From: Meyerozyma guilliermondii
Lineage: Eukaryota
Assembly: GCA_051546255.1 (NCBI GenBank)
Contig: CP128815.1
Span: 1,240,001 to 1,304,000 of the forward strand
DNA length: 64,000 bases
Direction of reading: 5' to 3'
Part shown: positions 9,692 through 19,654 of the stretch, in pieces
How the letters are laid out: each line of letters starts with the position of its first letter
How positions within the stretch are numbered: position 1 is the first letter of the stretch
The notes under the pieces: model-generated
Told to the model about the DNA's origin: nothing
The model's input: only the letters and a program-made list of their open reading frames with translations
The model's database searches: none
Program-made: the position numbers and the translations under genes

Positions 9692-10324
9692 ATGCCTCCC
9701 GATCACCTTGATGGAAAGCCCACACCAGGAATCTTGACCACTTTTGACTTTCTACCGCCAGCTCAAAAAGCAACTTTCAACGTTCAGCTCGATATGCTAC
9801 GGTCACAAAAAGACTTTCCACTCTCACGCAAATGGATAGTGTATTTTACGAAAAGGGGCAAGACAGCCATTACAGAACTCGAGCGAGTGTTCGCTTCCAA
9901 GGAGGACTATGTCCATGGATTTCGGGACCTTCAACAAAAATGGAGCCGAAATATCCAGATCGAACAAATCCATGTTATGAGAATGGGGTTCTACCCGAAA
10001 CGCAAGTCAATGTTGTTCGAAACAGGAGGCACGATGGAAATCAAGGTTTCAAGTGAGGATTGGGGCAAGTTTGAAGCCATTGTGGCGGAAATGCTTGAAG
10101 ACAAAAGTAAGTAATAATTCAAAGTGAATTTGACCAGTGCTAACTCAGTACCTGCTGCCGGCAGCTCATTGAAGAGAAAAGCGACCTATCACGTTCTAAC
10201 AATCTGGTTTGCTGAAAACATCAATAAGAATATCCAAAATGGTATACTTCGAGCAATTAATGATTTTTCTTGCCATATAGTTTGGATTGAGCATGGCACT
10301 AGTAAGATTACGTATATTCAGTGA
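9692..10324 (+). CDS. Divergent eIF4E-fold protein, two exons join(9692..10106,10149..10324), about 196 aa
   Basis: Intron GTAAGT...TGCTAAC-T-CAG removes the in-frame TAA and fuses two track ORFs in frame. By-eye alignment to eIF4E: 'FPLSRKWIVYF'~'HPLNTKWTLWY', 'HVMRMGFYPKRKSMLFETGGTM'~'HVFRNDVRPEWEDEANAKGGKW', 'GSSLKRKATYHVLTIWF'~'GVVLSIRKGGNKFALWT', 'WIEH'~'FFPH'. Confidence 0.7.
10107..10148 (+). other. Predicted 42-nt spliceosomal intron
   Basis: 5' GTAAGT, branch TGCTAAC (10138-10144), 3' CAG; short branch-to-AG spacing like the RPL31 intron in this window; preserves the frame. Confidence 0.7.
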
Positions 10325-11045
10325 AATGCAAAATCTGAAATTTACATATAATCAAGTGAAAGACAAACGCTACCAGTCAGTTTCATCCCCATTACAACCT
10401 CCTTTACTGACTCACTTACTATCGATTCTTACTCGGTGCTACAAGCACTGTTAGAATATACATAATCAAGGCATGTTGAATATGCAGGTTCAAAGATGAT
10501 CCCTAGCTATGTTTTACAATTTATCATTGGTGATTACATGTATTTCAGCAACCTTAACACAAAGAGATTTATTCATCGACTGTTTGGGCTCACAAGTCAG
10601 CAAGTATAACATTGATTACCACGATAACTGTATACACATGATCCTGTCAAGTTACGCTTTCTTGACTCATCAAAAGATAGGCAACTAAACCTATGTCTTC
10701 AAAGTGATCACATTACTTCCAATTTTCAACAGATTTATGGTCAAATAACAACACTGAAAGAACAGAAATGACGGACAACACAGAAAATTTGATAATAAAT
10801 GACCGAAGGCTCTCTCGATATTAGGAATCGACATAACTCATCAACCGTTCATATTATACTGAATAAAGCTTCAGACATCTTTTTCTCTGTATATCAGATG
10901 AAGACAGAAGCTGTAAGGGAGCATAAGATATTCAGACCCTACAATTCACCAGACCCATAGTGACCCAAATCGGAATCAGTTCCAATAAACCTGTATATTG
11001 GCCCCAGAAATTCGAGTTTAAAATCTTCATTCTACAATCTTCACC

Positions 11046-12128
11046 ATGACCACCGAAATTGATTTGGGCATTACTGCCGATATGCATGTCCATCTTCGGG
11101 ACGGCAGAATGATGGAGCTTATAACGCCAACCGTCAGAGAAGGAGGTGTTTCCATTGCTTATGTGATGCCCAATTTGGTGCCTCCCATTACAACCTTAAA
11201 ACAGGTTATTGATTACAAGAAAAAGTTGCAACAGTTAGCACCCAAGACCACATTTCTCATGTCTTTCTATCTCAGTAAAGAGCTCTCTCCCGAACTCATT
11301 CATGAGGCAGCAAAATTAGGTGCTATTCATGGAGTGAAATGCTACCCTGCTGGAGTCACTACCAACTCGTCTGCTGGTGTGGATCCCAATGACTTTACTC
11401 CATTTTACCCCATTTTCAAAGCGCTCGAGGAGGAAAATCTCGTATTGAATCTTCACGGAGAAAGACCACCCAGTAAAGATGACGGTGAAGATATTCACGT
11501 ATTAAATGCTGAGCCACTCTTTTTACCAGCACTTCGAAAATTGCATGAAGACTTTCCACGACTCAAGATCATCTTGGAACACTGTACCACGAGGGCTGCC
11601 ATTGAGACGATCGAGGATATAAACAAGAACTACAAAGAAGGTGATGACATCAAAGTTGCAGCAACGATTACTGCGCACCATCTTCTGCTCACTATTGATA
11701 ACTGGGCAGGAAATCCCATCAATTTCTGCAAGCCGGTGGCCAAACTACCTGACGACAAGAGAGCATTAGTTGCAGCCGCTACTTCAGGAAAACCATATTT
11801 CTTTTTTGGATCGGATTCGGCACCTCATCCCATAGACGCAAAAGCTCGTCATGTCGGAGTATGTGCCGGAGTCTACACCCAGTCACACGCCATCTCCTAC
11901 GTTGCCAGCATCTTTGAAAAACACCAGGCACTCGACAACATCAAAGGATTTGTGGCAGATTTTGGAAAAAAGTTCTACGAAATAGAGGAAAAAGATGTCG
12001 TAAACCACGACCACTGTGTGCTCGTTAAGCGAGAAATTACAGTGCCCCAAGTAATTGGTGCGGACGGTTTGAACGTTGTTCCATTCTTGGCGGGTGAAGC
12101 ACTTCAGTGGTCTGTGCAGTGGAAGTAA
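11046..12128 (+). CDS. URA4: Dihydroorotase
   Basis: 'DMHVHLR', 'VMPNL', 'GVKCYPAGVTTNS', 'LEHCTT', 'FCKPVAK', 'FGSDSAPH'. Confidence 0.97.
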   Translation: MTTEIDLGITADMHVHLRDGRMMELITPTVREGGVSIAYVMPNLVPPITTLKQVIDYKKKLQQLAPKTTFLMSFYLSKELSPELIHEAAKLGAIHGVKCYPAGVTTNSSAGVDPNDFTPFYPIFKALEEENLVLNLHGERPPSKDDGEDIHVLNAEPLFLPALRKLHEDFPRLKIILEHCTTRAAIETIEDINKNYKEGDDIKVAATITAHHLLLTIDNWAGNPINFCKPVAKLPDDKRALVAAATSGKPYFFFGSDSAPHPIDAKARHVGVCAGVYTQSHAISYVASIFEKHQALDNIKGFVADFGKKFYEIEEKDVVNHDHCVLVKREITVPQVIGADGLNVVPFLAGEALQWSVQWK

Positions 12129-12788
12129 CACGTGGGTGGGCTTACCATGTGGGTAAATGATTCGAAGGTAGGTACACGGCAATTGTAGTCATTGGTATGT
12201 ACGTATTAAATAAATCAATGCAGTTTGGGCCCTATAGACTTTACTCACATAAATAACAAGGTTGCTAATCGGAATTTAAATTTACGAATCGCTAATCGTG
12301 GAAGATTCTCGATAGGGAAATCAGATGCCGTGCAGATTGTCGTGCCGTGCCAGTGGTGGCTTGTACATACTGCCTGCAGGACACCAATAAAATTTTTGAC
12401 AAAAGTACGAGGCGGCAGTTGTGAGGGGAATGGGGTTAACATAGCCGAGATACATTAGGCGTCATGATAAGCCGTATTATATTGTCTTCGTATCGGTAAT
12501 TGTTATTGCGAGAAAATCACCGATACCGAAGTGACTTTGACTTCGGCCAAGTCCTGCGCATAATTGACGTATGCAGCTGTCAAACAATTGACATTGACAG
12601 TTTAATTCGCTTAAACCGGAATTTGCTCAACCGAGTCAGATACAGTCGATTCGTTTAGTAAACGATAAGAAAATACACCGTTGACGCCGCCTTCATGTTT
12701 GAGCCGCCAATCTTGCAGCTTTGGCCCCAACACTGCTGTCCTGCATCGACCACGTTTCCCTTTATCAGCTAAAACATCCATATATAAA
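12129..12788 (+). promoter_or_regulatory. Pho4-type sites and TATA box upstream of the GIT permease
   Basis: CACGTGGG 12129-12136, CACGTTT 12751-12757, TATATAAA 12781-12788. Confidence 0.5.
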
Positions 12789-12906
12789 GGTGCAGCGCGC
12801 ATAAAACGTTCCCCTCTAATCTCTGGTGCGTGCCAAGGAACGCGAGTAATAGAAAAGGCAAACTAATCTATATATTTGTTCACTTTTTGTAAGCTCTTCA
12901 GTAGAA

Positions 12907-14604
12907 ATGGCTACCAGAGATCTTCCTCACTCGTTCTCCGACTTTGCCTTTGGCTGGTCGAAGCACTTGCCCCAAGAGATCACAGTTACGAAGGCTTATA
13001 AGCAGAAACAAGCCGAAAGAAGAGAGCGTGATGCTCAAATATTGGCTGCCAGACGGCTCTCAGACTCGAGTTCTGGTCATGAAGTTGACGGGGCTGGCAA
13101 AGTCGTTAAACCCACTCTGGATATCGACCCCAACTTACCTGTATATGAAGAGGTAGATAAGGTCAAGATGAAAAACTTGTGGCCCGCATTCGCATCAGGT
13201 GCGGGATTGTTTTCCGATGGTTACATCAACAATGGTATGTCTGCCGTAAATGCTTGTTTGACAAGAATTTATGGTAAGAAATATACCAACTCCAATGCCA
13301 TGTCAAATGTTTCCTCGATTGCATTCGTGGGTATTGTCGTGGGTCAGTTAGGTTTTGGCTACATTTCCGATCGTGTTGCAAGAAAGGGTGGAATGTTGAC
13401 GGCTACATTCATGTTAATCTTCTTCTCGTTGTTGTGCGCCGTTGGAACATGGGGTGCTAACGGAAGTGCCGAGGGCTTATTTGCATCACTTACTGCCTTT
13501 AGATTCTTCTTGGGTATTGCTATTGGTGCTGAATATCCAACTTCGTCTGTTATTGCCTCGGAATTTGCTAATCAACTTCCAGCGGGAAGAAGAAACAGAT
13601 ACTTCTGCTGGTTTACCAATGCTATGATTGATTTTGGATACGTTGTCAGTGCTTTCGTTCCTTTGGTGTTGCTTTGGATCTTTTCCACTCGTCACTTGAC
13701 TGCCGTTTGGAGATTAACTTTGGGTTTGGGTTGTATTCCACCATTATCATTGCTTTTCTTCAGATTGAAACTCAAGGATGGTGAAGCTTTCCAAAAAACT
13801 AACATGAAGAGAGTCAAGAAATACCCTTACTGGCTCATCATCAAATTCTACTGGTTCCGTCTTACCATTGTGTCGCTCATTTGGTTCATTTACGATTTCT
13901 CCGTCTACGCTTTCGGAACTTACTCAACAAATATTCTTGCTACCTTGGTTCCACCTGGAGATATGTACAAGTCATTTGGATGGAACGTTGTCCTCAACTT
14001 GTTCTACATGCCAGGTGCCTTCCTTGGTGCCCTTTCCGCTGATTACATTGGCCCACGTTTGACAATTGCCATTGGTGTTGGTCTCCAAGGTGTTATTGGA
14101 TTCTGTATGGCAGGTAAATACGAATCTTTGGCCCATCCAGTCGGTGGTTTCGTTGTTGTCTTTGGAATTTTCTACTCTCTTGGTGAGTTTGGACCAGGTG
14201 ACAACTTGGGTCTCTTGGCCTCGAAGACTTCTGCTACCCCTGTTCGTGGACAATATTACGGTATTGCTGCTGCTGTGGGAAAAATCGGTGCCTTTGTTGG
14301 TACTTGGGTTTTCCCAGTTATCCAGAGACATCTTGGTGAAATCAAGGGTCCAGTCTACATTTCTTCTGGTTTGTGTTTCTTCTCAGCATTCTTGGCTATT
14401 TTCTTCTGTCCATCTGTTAGTCAGGACTGTATTGAAGAAGAAGATCAAGCCTTCTTGGCATATCTCGAATCGAATGGATATGACATTAGCCAGTTGGGTG
14501 ACCCTGGAGTTGTTGAAGATGTGGAAAGCAGTGCTTCCAACATCTCCAGCCCCAACAAGGAATCTGACATTCAGGTCCATGCTACCAAGAAGGATAGCGC
14601 TTAG
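12907..14604 (+). CDS. MFS glycerophosphodiester (glycerophosphoinositol/glycerophosphocholine) permease, Git family
   Basis: 'ASGAGLFSDGYINN', 'GQLGFGYISDR', 'GIAIGAEYPTSSV', 'GEFGPGDN', 'RGQYYGIAAAVGKIGAFVG'. Exact GIT paralogue not resolved. Confidence 0.9.
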   Translation: MATRDLPHSFSDFAFGWSKHLPQEITVTKAYKQKQAERRERDAQILAARRLSDSSSGHEVDGAGKVVKPTLDIDPNLPVYEEVDKVKMKNLWPAFASGAGLFSDGYINNGMSAVNACLTRIYGKKYTNSNAMSNVSSIAFVGIVVGQLGFGYISDRVARKGGMLTATFMLIFFSLLCAVGTWGANGSAEGLFASLTAFRFFLGIAIGAEYPTSSVIASEFANQLPAGRRNRYFCWFTNAMIDFGYVVSAFVPLVLLWIFSTRHLTAVWRLTLGLGCIPPLSLLFFRLKLKDGEAFQKTNMKRVKKYPYWLIIKFYWFRLTIVSLIWFIYDFSVYAFGTYSTNILATLVPPGDMYKSFGWNVVLNLFYMPGAFLGALSADYIGPRLTIAIGVGLQGVIGFCMAGKYESLAHPVGGFVVVFGIFYSLGEFGPGDNLGLLASKTSATPVRGQYYGIAAAVGKIGAFVGTWVFPVIQRHLGEIKGPVYISSGLCFFSAFLAIFFCPSVSQDCIEEEDQAFLAYLESNGYDISQLGDPGVVEDVESSASNISSPNKESDIQVHATKKDSA

Positions 14605-14695
14605 GGCTTTACACCGCTTCAAATTCGTCGTTAAATAATTTATCAAGTGCAATTAATAACAAAACCTATTACTAAACCTATCTCTAAATTACACA

Positions 14696-16501
14696 TTAGT
14701 TTTCATTGTCGCTTTTCTCTGCCGAACTCTCAGAGTCGATAGCGATGTCTACCACATTAGAATTCAGGTCAATTTTTTCACCTTCGTTTGGGATAATCAA
14801 CTCTAATCCGCCATCCTCTATGAATTTGGCTTTTATTTCATCAAACTTTATAATCTTCTCAAACTGGAAGTGCTTCTCAAAATTGATTTCTTGATTGGCG
14901 AAATCCTTGATGAGACGAACAGCATCCTCTTGAACTTCGGACTCGAGGTCAGAGCTCGAATCTTCAGCTTCAGCTTCGGCTTCGGACTCTGAATCAGATG
15001 AAGAAGAGTCAGAGGAGCTCGAAGATGAAGAAGAGGAAGAGGATGATGATGATGAAGAAGAAGAAGAAGAAGAAGAAGATGAAGATGAAGACGAGGATCC
15101 ACTAGCGGCACTATCCTGAGATGCACTGGAAGAAACCGACGAGTCAGATTCTTCGGCAGCTTCTTCATCCTCTTCAACGACTTCTACATCCGAATCTTCC
15201 AAATCAGAATCGTGGATGTCAAATTTTCCACTGACAACCAACTCGTTTTGGTTTTTCAAGAATTGGATTTTCAATTCTTCGCGAATCAATGCTGGGAACC
15301 TCAAGTTCAACTTGTAAGTTTTGTCATCGAGCTCAACCAACTCACAGTCCTTCGAGTTTTGTAAGTCTTCCGTCAAGTCAATGACCTCGATGTCATCGTC
15401 TGAATCATTTGCAAGCAAGTATTCGTCTTCAGTGTCGTAAATCAATTCATCGTCAGTAGAGTATTCCTCGCTTGAATCATGTTCAGGCAAGTCGAAGCGG
15501 TGTCTGTAAAGTGTGATGCCTTCTTCGTCGTCACTGGAGGAATCGCTAAGGTCTGACAATGCGAGCGCCTCCTCATCAGAGTCCTCTGATTCCATCTCGA
15601 TATCGGAGTCGAGGACTAAGTAATCAATGTCAGACTCAGACTGTGATACGGATATCTCATCATCACTAGCGATCATATCGACATAATCTTGTCTCACTTT
15701 TTCGAGTTGCAATTGGTCGTTCAACTGACCTTCATCAGAAGAATATTCGATGTCTAAGTCAGTAACGGAGGAGTCGTCAGAATCGTCATCACCCAAAGCA
15801 ATTTGTCTCATGGCTCTGGCTTGCAACTGATCATTCAAGTCGACTATGTCGAGTATGTCCTCAGGCTCAGAGTCAGAATCGTAATATCTGACAAGCTCAT
15901 CATTCAAGTCATAAACGTCAGAATAGTCAAGGCTGTCCACAGCATCAGCTTCCAACTCGTCATTCATGTCAATGATTTGATCCTCGATGTCGGAATCCAA
16001 GTCGAATTCATAAACCTCCTCATCAGACGTGGAGTCAGAGTCGGAGCTTTCAGAACTCTCTGAACTGGATGCCTCGCTCTGGTTTCCAAGTATGATGATA
16101 GAGCTTTCCGAGTCAGAAGAGTCGCTCTCCGACAGCGATTCGCTTGAACTGGAGGATGAGGTTGCAAGGTCATCGTAAAACATAATAGGAGCATCAGAAT
16201 CTGAGTCGGAACTAGAGCTGGAGTCTGAAGACGAAGAATCCGAGTCAGAGTCAGAGCTGGAGTCGCTAGAGTCAGAGCTGCTGCTTTCAACATCTGATTC
16301 TGTTCCACTTTGGCTCTCTTCTGAGTAGCTAGTTTCGGACTCACTTTCTGGTTCTTCAACGTAAACCAAGTTGGAAGGTTGTTGCTGATAGTAGTTTCTA
16401 TAGGATCTTCTTCTCTTGGTGGAAGGTTTAGTCACGTAGTATTTCTTCTCATGGTGACGGGGAGATTTGTGTTCTCTTCTTCTATGTCTAAAGCTTGCCA
16501 T
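14696..16501 (-). CDS. Very acidic Ser/Asp/Glu-rich protein with C-terminal interrupted alpha-crystallin (HSP20) domain
   Basis: 'DCELVELDDKTYKLNLRFPALIREELKIQFLKNQNELVVSGK' + ~100-aa Ser/acidic insert + 'FEKHFQFEKIIKFDEIKAKFIEDGGLELIIP' + IXI-like 'VDIAI'. Confidence 0.7.
   Translation of the reverse strand: MASFRHRRREHKSPRHHEKKYYVTKPSTKRRRSYRNYYQQQPSNLVYVEEPESESETSYSEESQSGTESDVESSSSDSSDSSSDSDSDSSSSDSSSSSDSDSDAPIMFYDDLATSSSSSSESLSESDSSDSESSIIILGNQSEASSSESSESSDSDSTSDEEVYEFDLDSDIEDQIIDMNDELEADAVDSLDYSDVYDLNDELVRYYDSDSEPEDILDIVDLNDQLQARAMRQIALGDDDSDDSSVTDLDIEYSSDEGQLNDQLQLEKVRQDYVDMIASDDEISVSQSESDIDYLVLDSDIEMESEDSDEEALALSDLSDSSSDDEEGITLYRHRFDLPEHDSSEEYSTDDELIYDTEDEYLLANDSDDDIEVIDLTEDLQNSKDCELVELDDKTYKLNLRFPALIREELKIQFLKNQNELVVSGKFDIHDSDLEDSDVEVVEEDEEAAEESDSSVSSSASQDSAASGSSSSSSSSSSSSSSSSSSSSSSSSSSSSSDSSSSDSESEAEAEAEDSSSDLESEVQEDAVRLIKDFANQEINFEKHFQFEKIIKFDEIKAKFIEDGGLELIIPNEGEKIDLNSNVVDIAIDSESSAEKSDNEN
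14990..15095. repeat. GAA/GAT trinucleotide low-complexity run encoding poly-Ser on the minus strand
   Basis: (GAA)n/(GAT)n run seen directly; encodes roughly 29 consecutive Ser. Confidence 0.85.
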
Positions 16502-17209
16502 TTTGTAGTATAAGATGAGAAAAAAATTTCTGGTGAACTAAAGTGCAATTAAACGAAAAGAGAAATGGGTGGCGTGGGGCTGCGATGGGCATCGCGAAAA
16601 AAATGTCATACTGCATACGACCCTTAAGGTGTGGAGTTATCTTCTCTACGAAGGTGTAAATCAAATGAAAAGTTAGCAGAAAAAAGAGTATCGAGAGAAA
16701 AGGACCAGAATTGACCTCTAAAGGTCCCTGTCATACCAAATTTGAGAAAAGATGATAGTTCACTAGTTGTCTTAATTGTCCACAGCCAGCCCATATGTTC
16801 CCGGTGTGAACACGACCTCTGGGGTATAAAAGGCTCGCGATTCCCATTTCGCACCTCAAATCTCTTTGCCTTTTGGCTTAGATCAAGTGTAGTATCTGTT
16901 CTTTTCAGCGTAACAGCTGAAACGTCGTCATTGACGACATCAATATATACATATTTTTGGACAATTGCTTGTGGGATCGATGGGCTTGCTCACACCCACT
17001 AGCGCAGTGTCGTTGCCATTGCACATCTCGGCTTCTGACGCAACCCCTCAGGTGGCAGATGCGAGGACGTATCTTCTGTTTGATGGGCTATAGTGTACAA
17101 AGTAATTTATAGATGTCTTCTCTACTCTAATTTCTCATAAAATGTTGTGGCAGTAGATCCATACACCACGAGATCACTAATGAGATAAGATTCATCTCTC
17201 TTTGCAAAC

Positions 17210-19654
17210 ATGGAGAACGCCTCTGAAACTGATTCTTACATGCCCTCTGGGCTTTTCCCCAATATGCGAAGGCGAAAGTCCGACGACACCATCACTAACC
17301 GACCGTCGCTGTACTCGGAAACTGAATCTTCATCGATTCTGAATCTCCGAAACATCCTCTTCAATGCTGCTCCCACTACGGTATCCAGAGCCTCAACTCA
17401 AGACAACGCCAGTAGCGAAACTGTTGACAAAGTAACAGACGAAGAATCTCGTGAGTCTTTCGACTCTTCTATAATAGACGAATTAACTAGAGACAGAAAC
17501 TACTCTCAGCAGAATGGCAATTTCAAGTATTTAGATGCTTACCAACAAGCCAAAAGAGCACGCCCGAGCTTCGAAGGTTCTGTATTCGAACTCTCGTCAC
17601 TCCCTGACTTTGAGAAGTACGTGAAACAGACCCAAATAAACGATTCCATAAGGGACAAAGTTGCCTCGTCGACGGTCCGAGATGGCCCTGCAACTTTGGA
17701 GATAGTGAACAATGAAGAAATGAAAGAAAAGTTTTTTACAGACGACTACAGCTTCCAAGGTGACATCAAGAAGCCAAGAAAGCCAGAGCCGGCATGGCAC
17801 AAGGATAGACGATGGTACTCGTTCCCTAAAAAAGACAATACTGATTTGCAGTTTCGTGAAACATTAACATCTCCAACACTGAGCTCTGACGAGTCTGGTA
17901 CTCCTCAGAAGTTCTTGCAAAGAAAGCTTCGTATGCGGCATCTTCAAATGATTTCATTTGGCGGAACCTTGGGTGTTGGACTTTTCCTCAATAGTGGAAA
18001 AGCTTTCACTATAACAGGAGGCTTTGGTACCCTATTGGCATTTATGATTTGTGGATCTATCATATTGGCAACTATTGTTTCCTTTTGTGAAATGGTGACA
18101 TTCGTTTCTGTAGTGGATGGTGTATCAGGTTTGAGTTCAAGATTCGTGGAAGACGCCTTTGGATTCGCCGTGGGCTGGATGTATTTTGCCAGTTTTGCGT
18201 TTGGCCTAGCAGGCGAAATTGTCGCTAGCATCATCATGCTCTCATTTTACCCTCAACTAAGCATCGTGAATAACAAAGGAGCTAGTGCAGGGTTTGTGGT
18301 TTTATTTCTAGGGATTATTTTGTTCAGCAACTTGATAGACATCAGAATTTTTGGAGAAGTCGAGTACATTTCCAGTGTCATCAAGTTAGTCGTGCTTCTG
18401 GTACTTCTTATAATCATGATTGTATTGAATACCGGGGGCTTTGGAACCGAGGCTTTGGGGTTCAAATATTGGAATTATCTGAAATCAGATTTCGATCATG
18501 ACTTAATATTTGGGTTATTTCGCCCGTCATTCAACTTACATGACGATGGAACTTCTACTCCATCTGAAGGAATAGGAGGTTCCGCCGGAAGATTTCTTTC
18601 TCTTCTTACGGCTATACTAGTGGTGACATACGCATACAGCGGGACTGAAATTGTGTGTGTTGCTGCCTGTGAAGCCAAAAATCCCCGGAAAGCGCTACCT
18701 TCAGCCACCAGGCGTGTCATATGGCGTATCTTGATTTTCTATTGCTTGGCGGCATTGTTGGTGGGAATTAATGTTTACTCAGGAGACCCTAGAATGTTAA
18801 GATACTCTCTGGGGACAACAGGTGTTTTGCCAAAAGACTTTCTGACGAATTACGCAGTCCAGTACGCCGGGGGTTCGGAGTGCAAAATACAATCTGAAGT
18901 GTACGCTGGCTTCGGAAGTGGAGCTCAAAGTCCTTGGATAGTTGCACTTCAGTCGGCTGGCCTCTGTAAAATGTGCTCAGTTGTCAACGGTTTTCTTGTC
19001 TTTTTCGCTATCAGTTGTGGAAACGCTCAACTTTACGTCAGTTCTAGGACCGTGTATCTGATGGCATTGCAAGGAAAGGCACCCAAGTTTTTGGCAAACT
19101 GTAACAGATTTGGTATTCCTTACAATGCAGTACTTTGTGCCGCAAGTTTTGGTCTCTTGGCATTCATTTGTGTATCGCAACAAGCAACAGGAGTCTTCCA
19201 GAATCTCACAAGCTTGATTTCGTCTTCAGGAATCATGGTCTGGTTCTCAATGTGTGTATCATACATCCGGTTCTATTATGGATTGAAGAAAAGACCTGAT
19301 ATTATCAGTCGCGATGACAAGTCTTATCCTTACAAGTCGATATTCCAGCCTTATACTGCCATGTGGGGAGCGTTTGGCAGTGCTTTCATTCTCATATCGA
19401 TGGGATGGGTTGTGTTTTTAAAGGACGAGTGGGATACCTGGTTTTTCTTCCTGAGTTACGGCACACTAATGTTGTTCGCAGTGCTTTATTTCGGTTACAA
19501 ATTTGCCAAAGGAACCTCTTTTGTCAGCCTTGAGCAGCTTGACTTTGATACTGGACGAACTGAAATGGATCGCTACATTTGGGATGGAGGAAGAGAGTAT
19601 AATTTGAGAAATTGGAAGGACCTTGCTAGGAAATGGCTTCGTCTCCTATCATAG
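17210..19654 (+). CDS. SSY1: SPS amino-acid sensor Ssy1/Csy1 (amino acid permease fold with long N-terminal extension)
   Basis: ~235-aa hydrophilic N-tail, 'LQRKLRMRHLQMISFGGTLGVGLFLNSGKA', large luminal loop, 'YSGTEIV...EAKNPRKALP', 'YPYKSIFQPY'. Confidence 0.88.
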   Translation: MENASETDSYMPSGLFPNMRRRKSDDTITNRPSLYSETESSSILNLRNILFNAAPTTVSRASTQDNASSETVDKVTDEESRESFDSSIIDELTRDRNYSQQNGNFKYLDAYQQAKRARPSFEGSVFELSSLPDFEKYVKQTQINDSIRDKVASSTVRDGPATLEIVNNEEMKEKFFTDDYSFQGDIKKPRKPEPAWHKDRRWYSFPKKDNTDLQFRETLTSPTLSSDESGTPQKFLQRKLRMRHLQMISFGGTLGVGLFLNSGKAFTITGGFGTLLAFMICGSIILATIVSFCEMVTFVSVVDGVSGLSSRFVEDAFGFAVGWMYFASFAFGLAGEIVASIIMLSFYPQLSIVNNKGASAGFVVLFLGIILFSNLIDIRIFGEVEYISSVIKLVVLLVLLIIMIVLNTGGFGTEALGFKYWNYLKSDFDHDLIFGLFRPSFNLHDDGTSTPSEGIGGSAGRFLSLLTAILVVTYAYSGTEIVCVAACEAKNPRKALPSATRRVIWRILIFYCLAALLVGINVYSGDPRMLRYSLGTTGVLPKDFLTNYAVQYAGGSECKIQSEVYAGFGSGAQSPWIVALQSAGLCKMCSVVNGFLVFFAISCGNAQLYVSSRTVYLMALQGKAPKFLANCNRFGIPYNAVLCAASFGLLAFICVSQQATGVFQNLTSLISSSGIMVWFSMCVSYIRFYYGLKKRPDIISRDDKSYPYKSIFQPYTAMWGAFGSAFILISMGWVVFLKDEWDTWFFFLSYGTLMLFAVLYFGYKFAKGTSFVSLEQLDFDTGRTEMDRYIWDGGREYNLRNWKDLARKWLRLLS

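Noticed and set aside
10370..10419. Minus-strand GTAAGT...ACTGAC-TGG-TAG intron-like string
   Set aside because: Flanking sequence gives no sustained reading frame.
10408..10669. Two TGACTCA (Gcn4) words upstream of URA4
   Set aside because: Plausible but distant from the ATG, with no supporting context.
10597..10672. Minus-strand TGATGA...CTGA resembling a C/D snoRNA
   Set aside because: Only ~8-nt or gapped rRNA complementarity, no known methylation target and no clear terminal stem.
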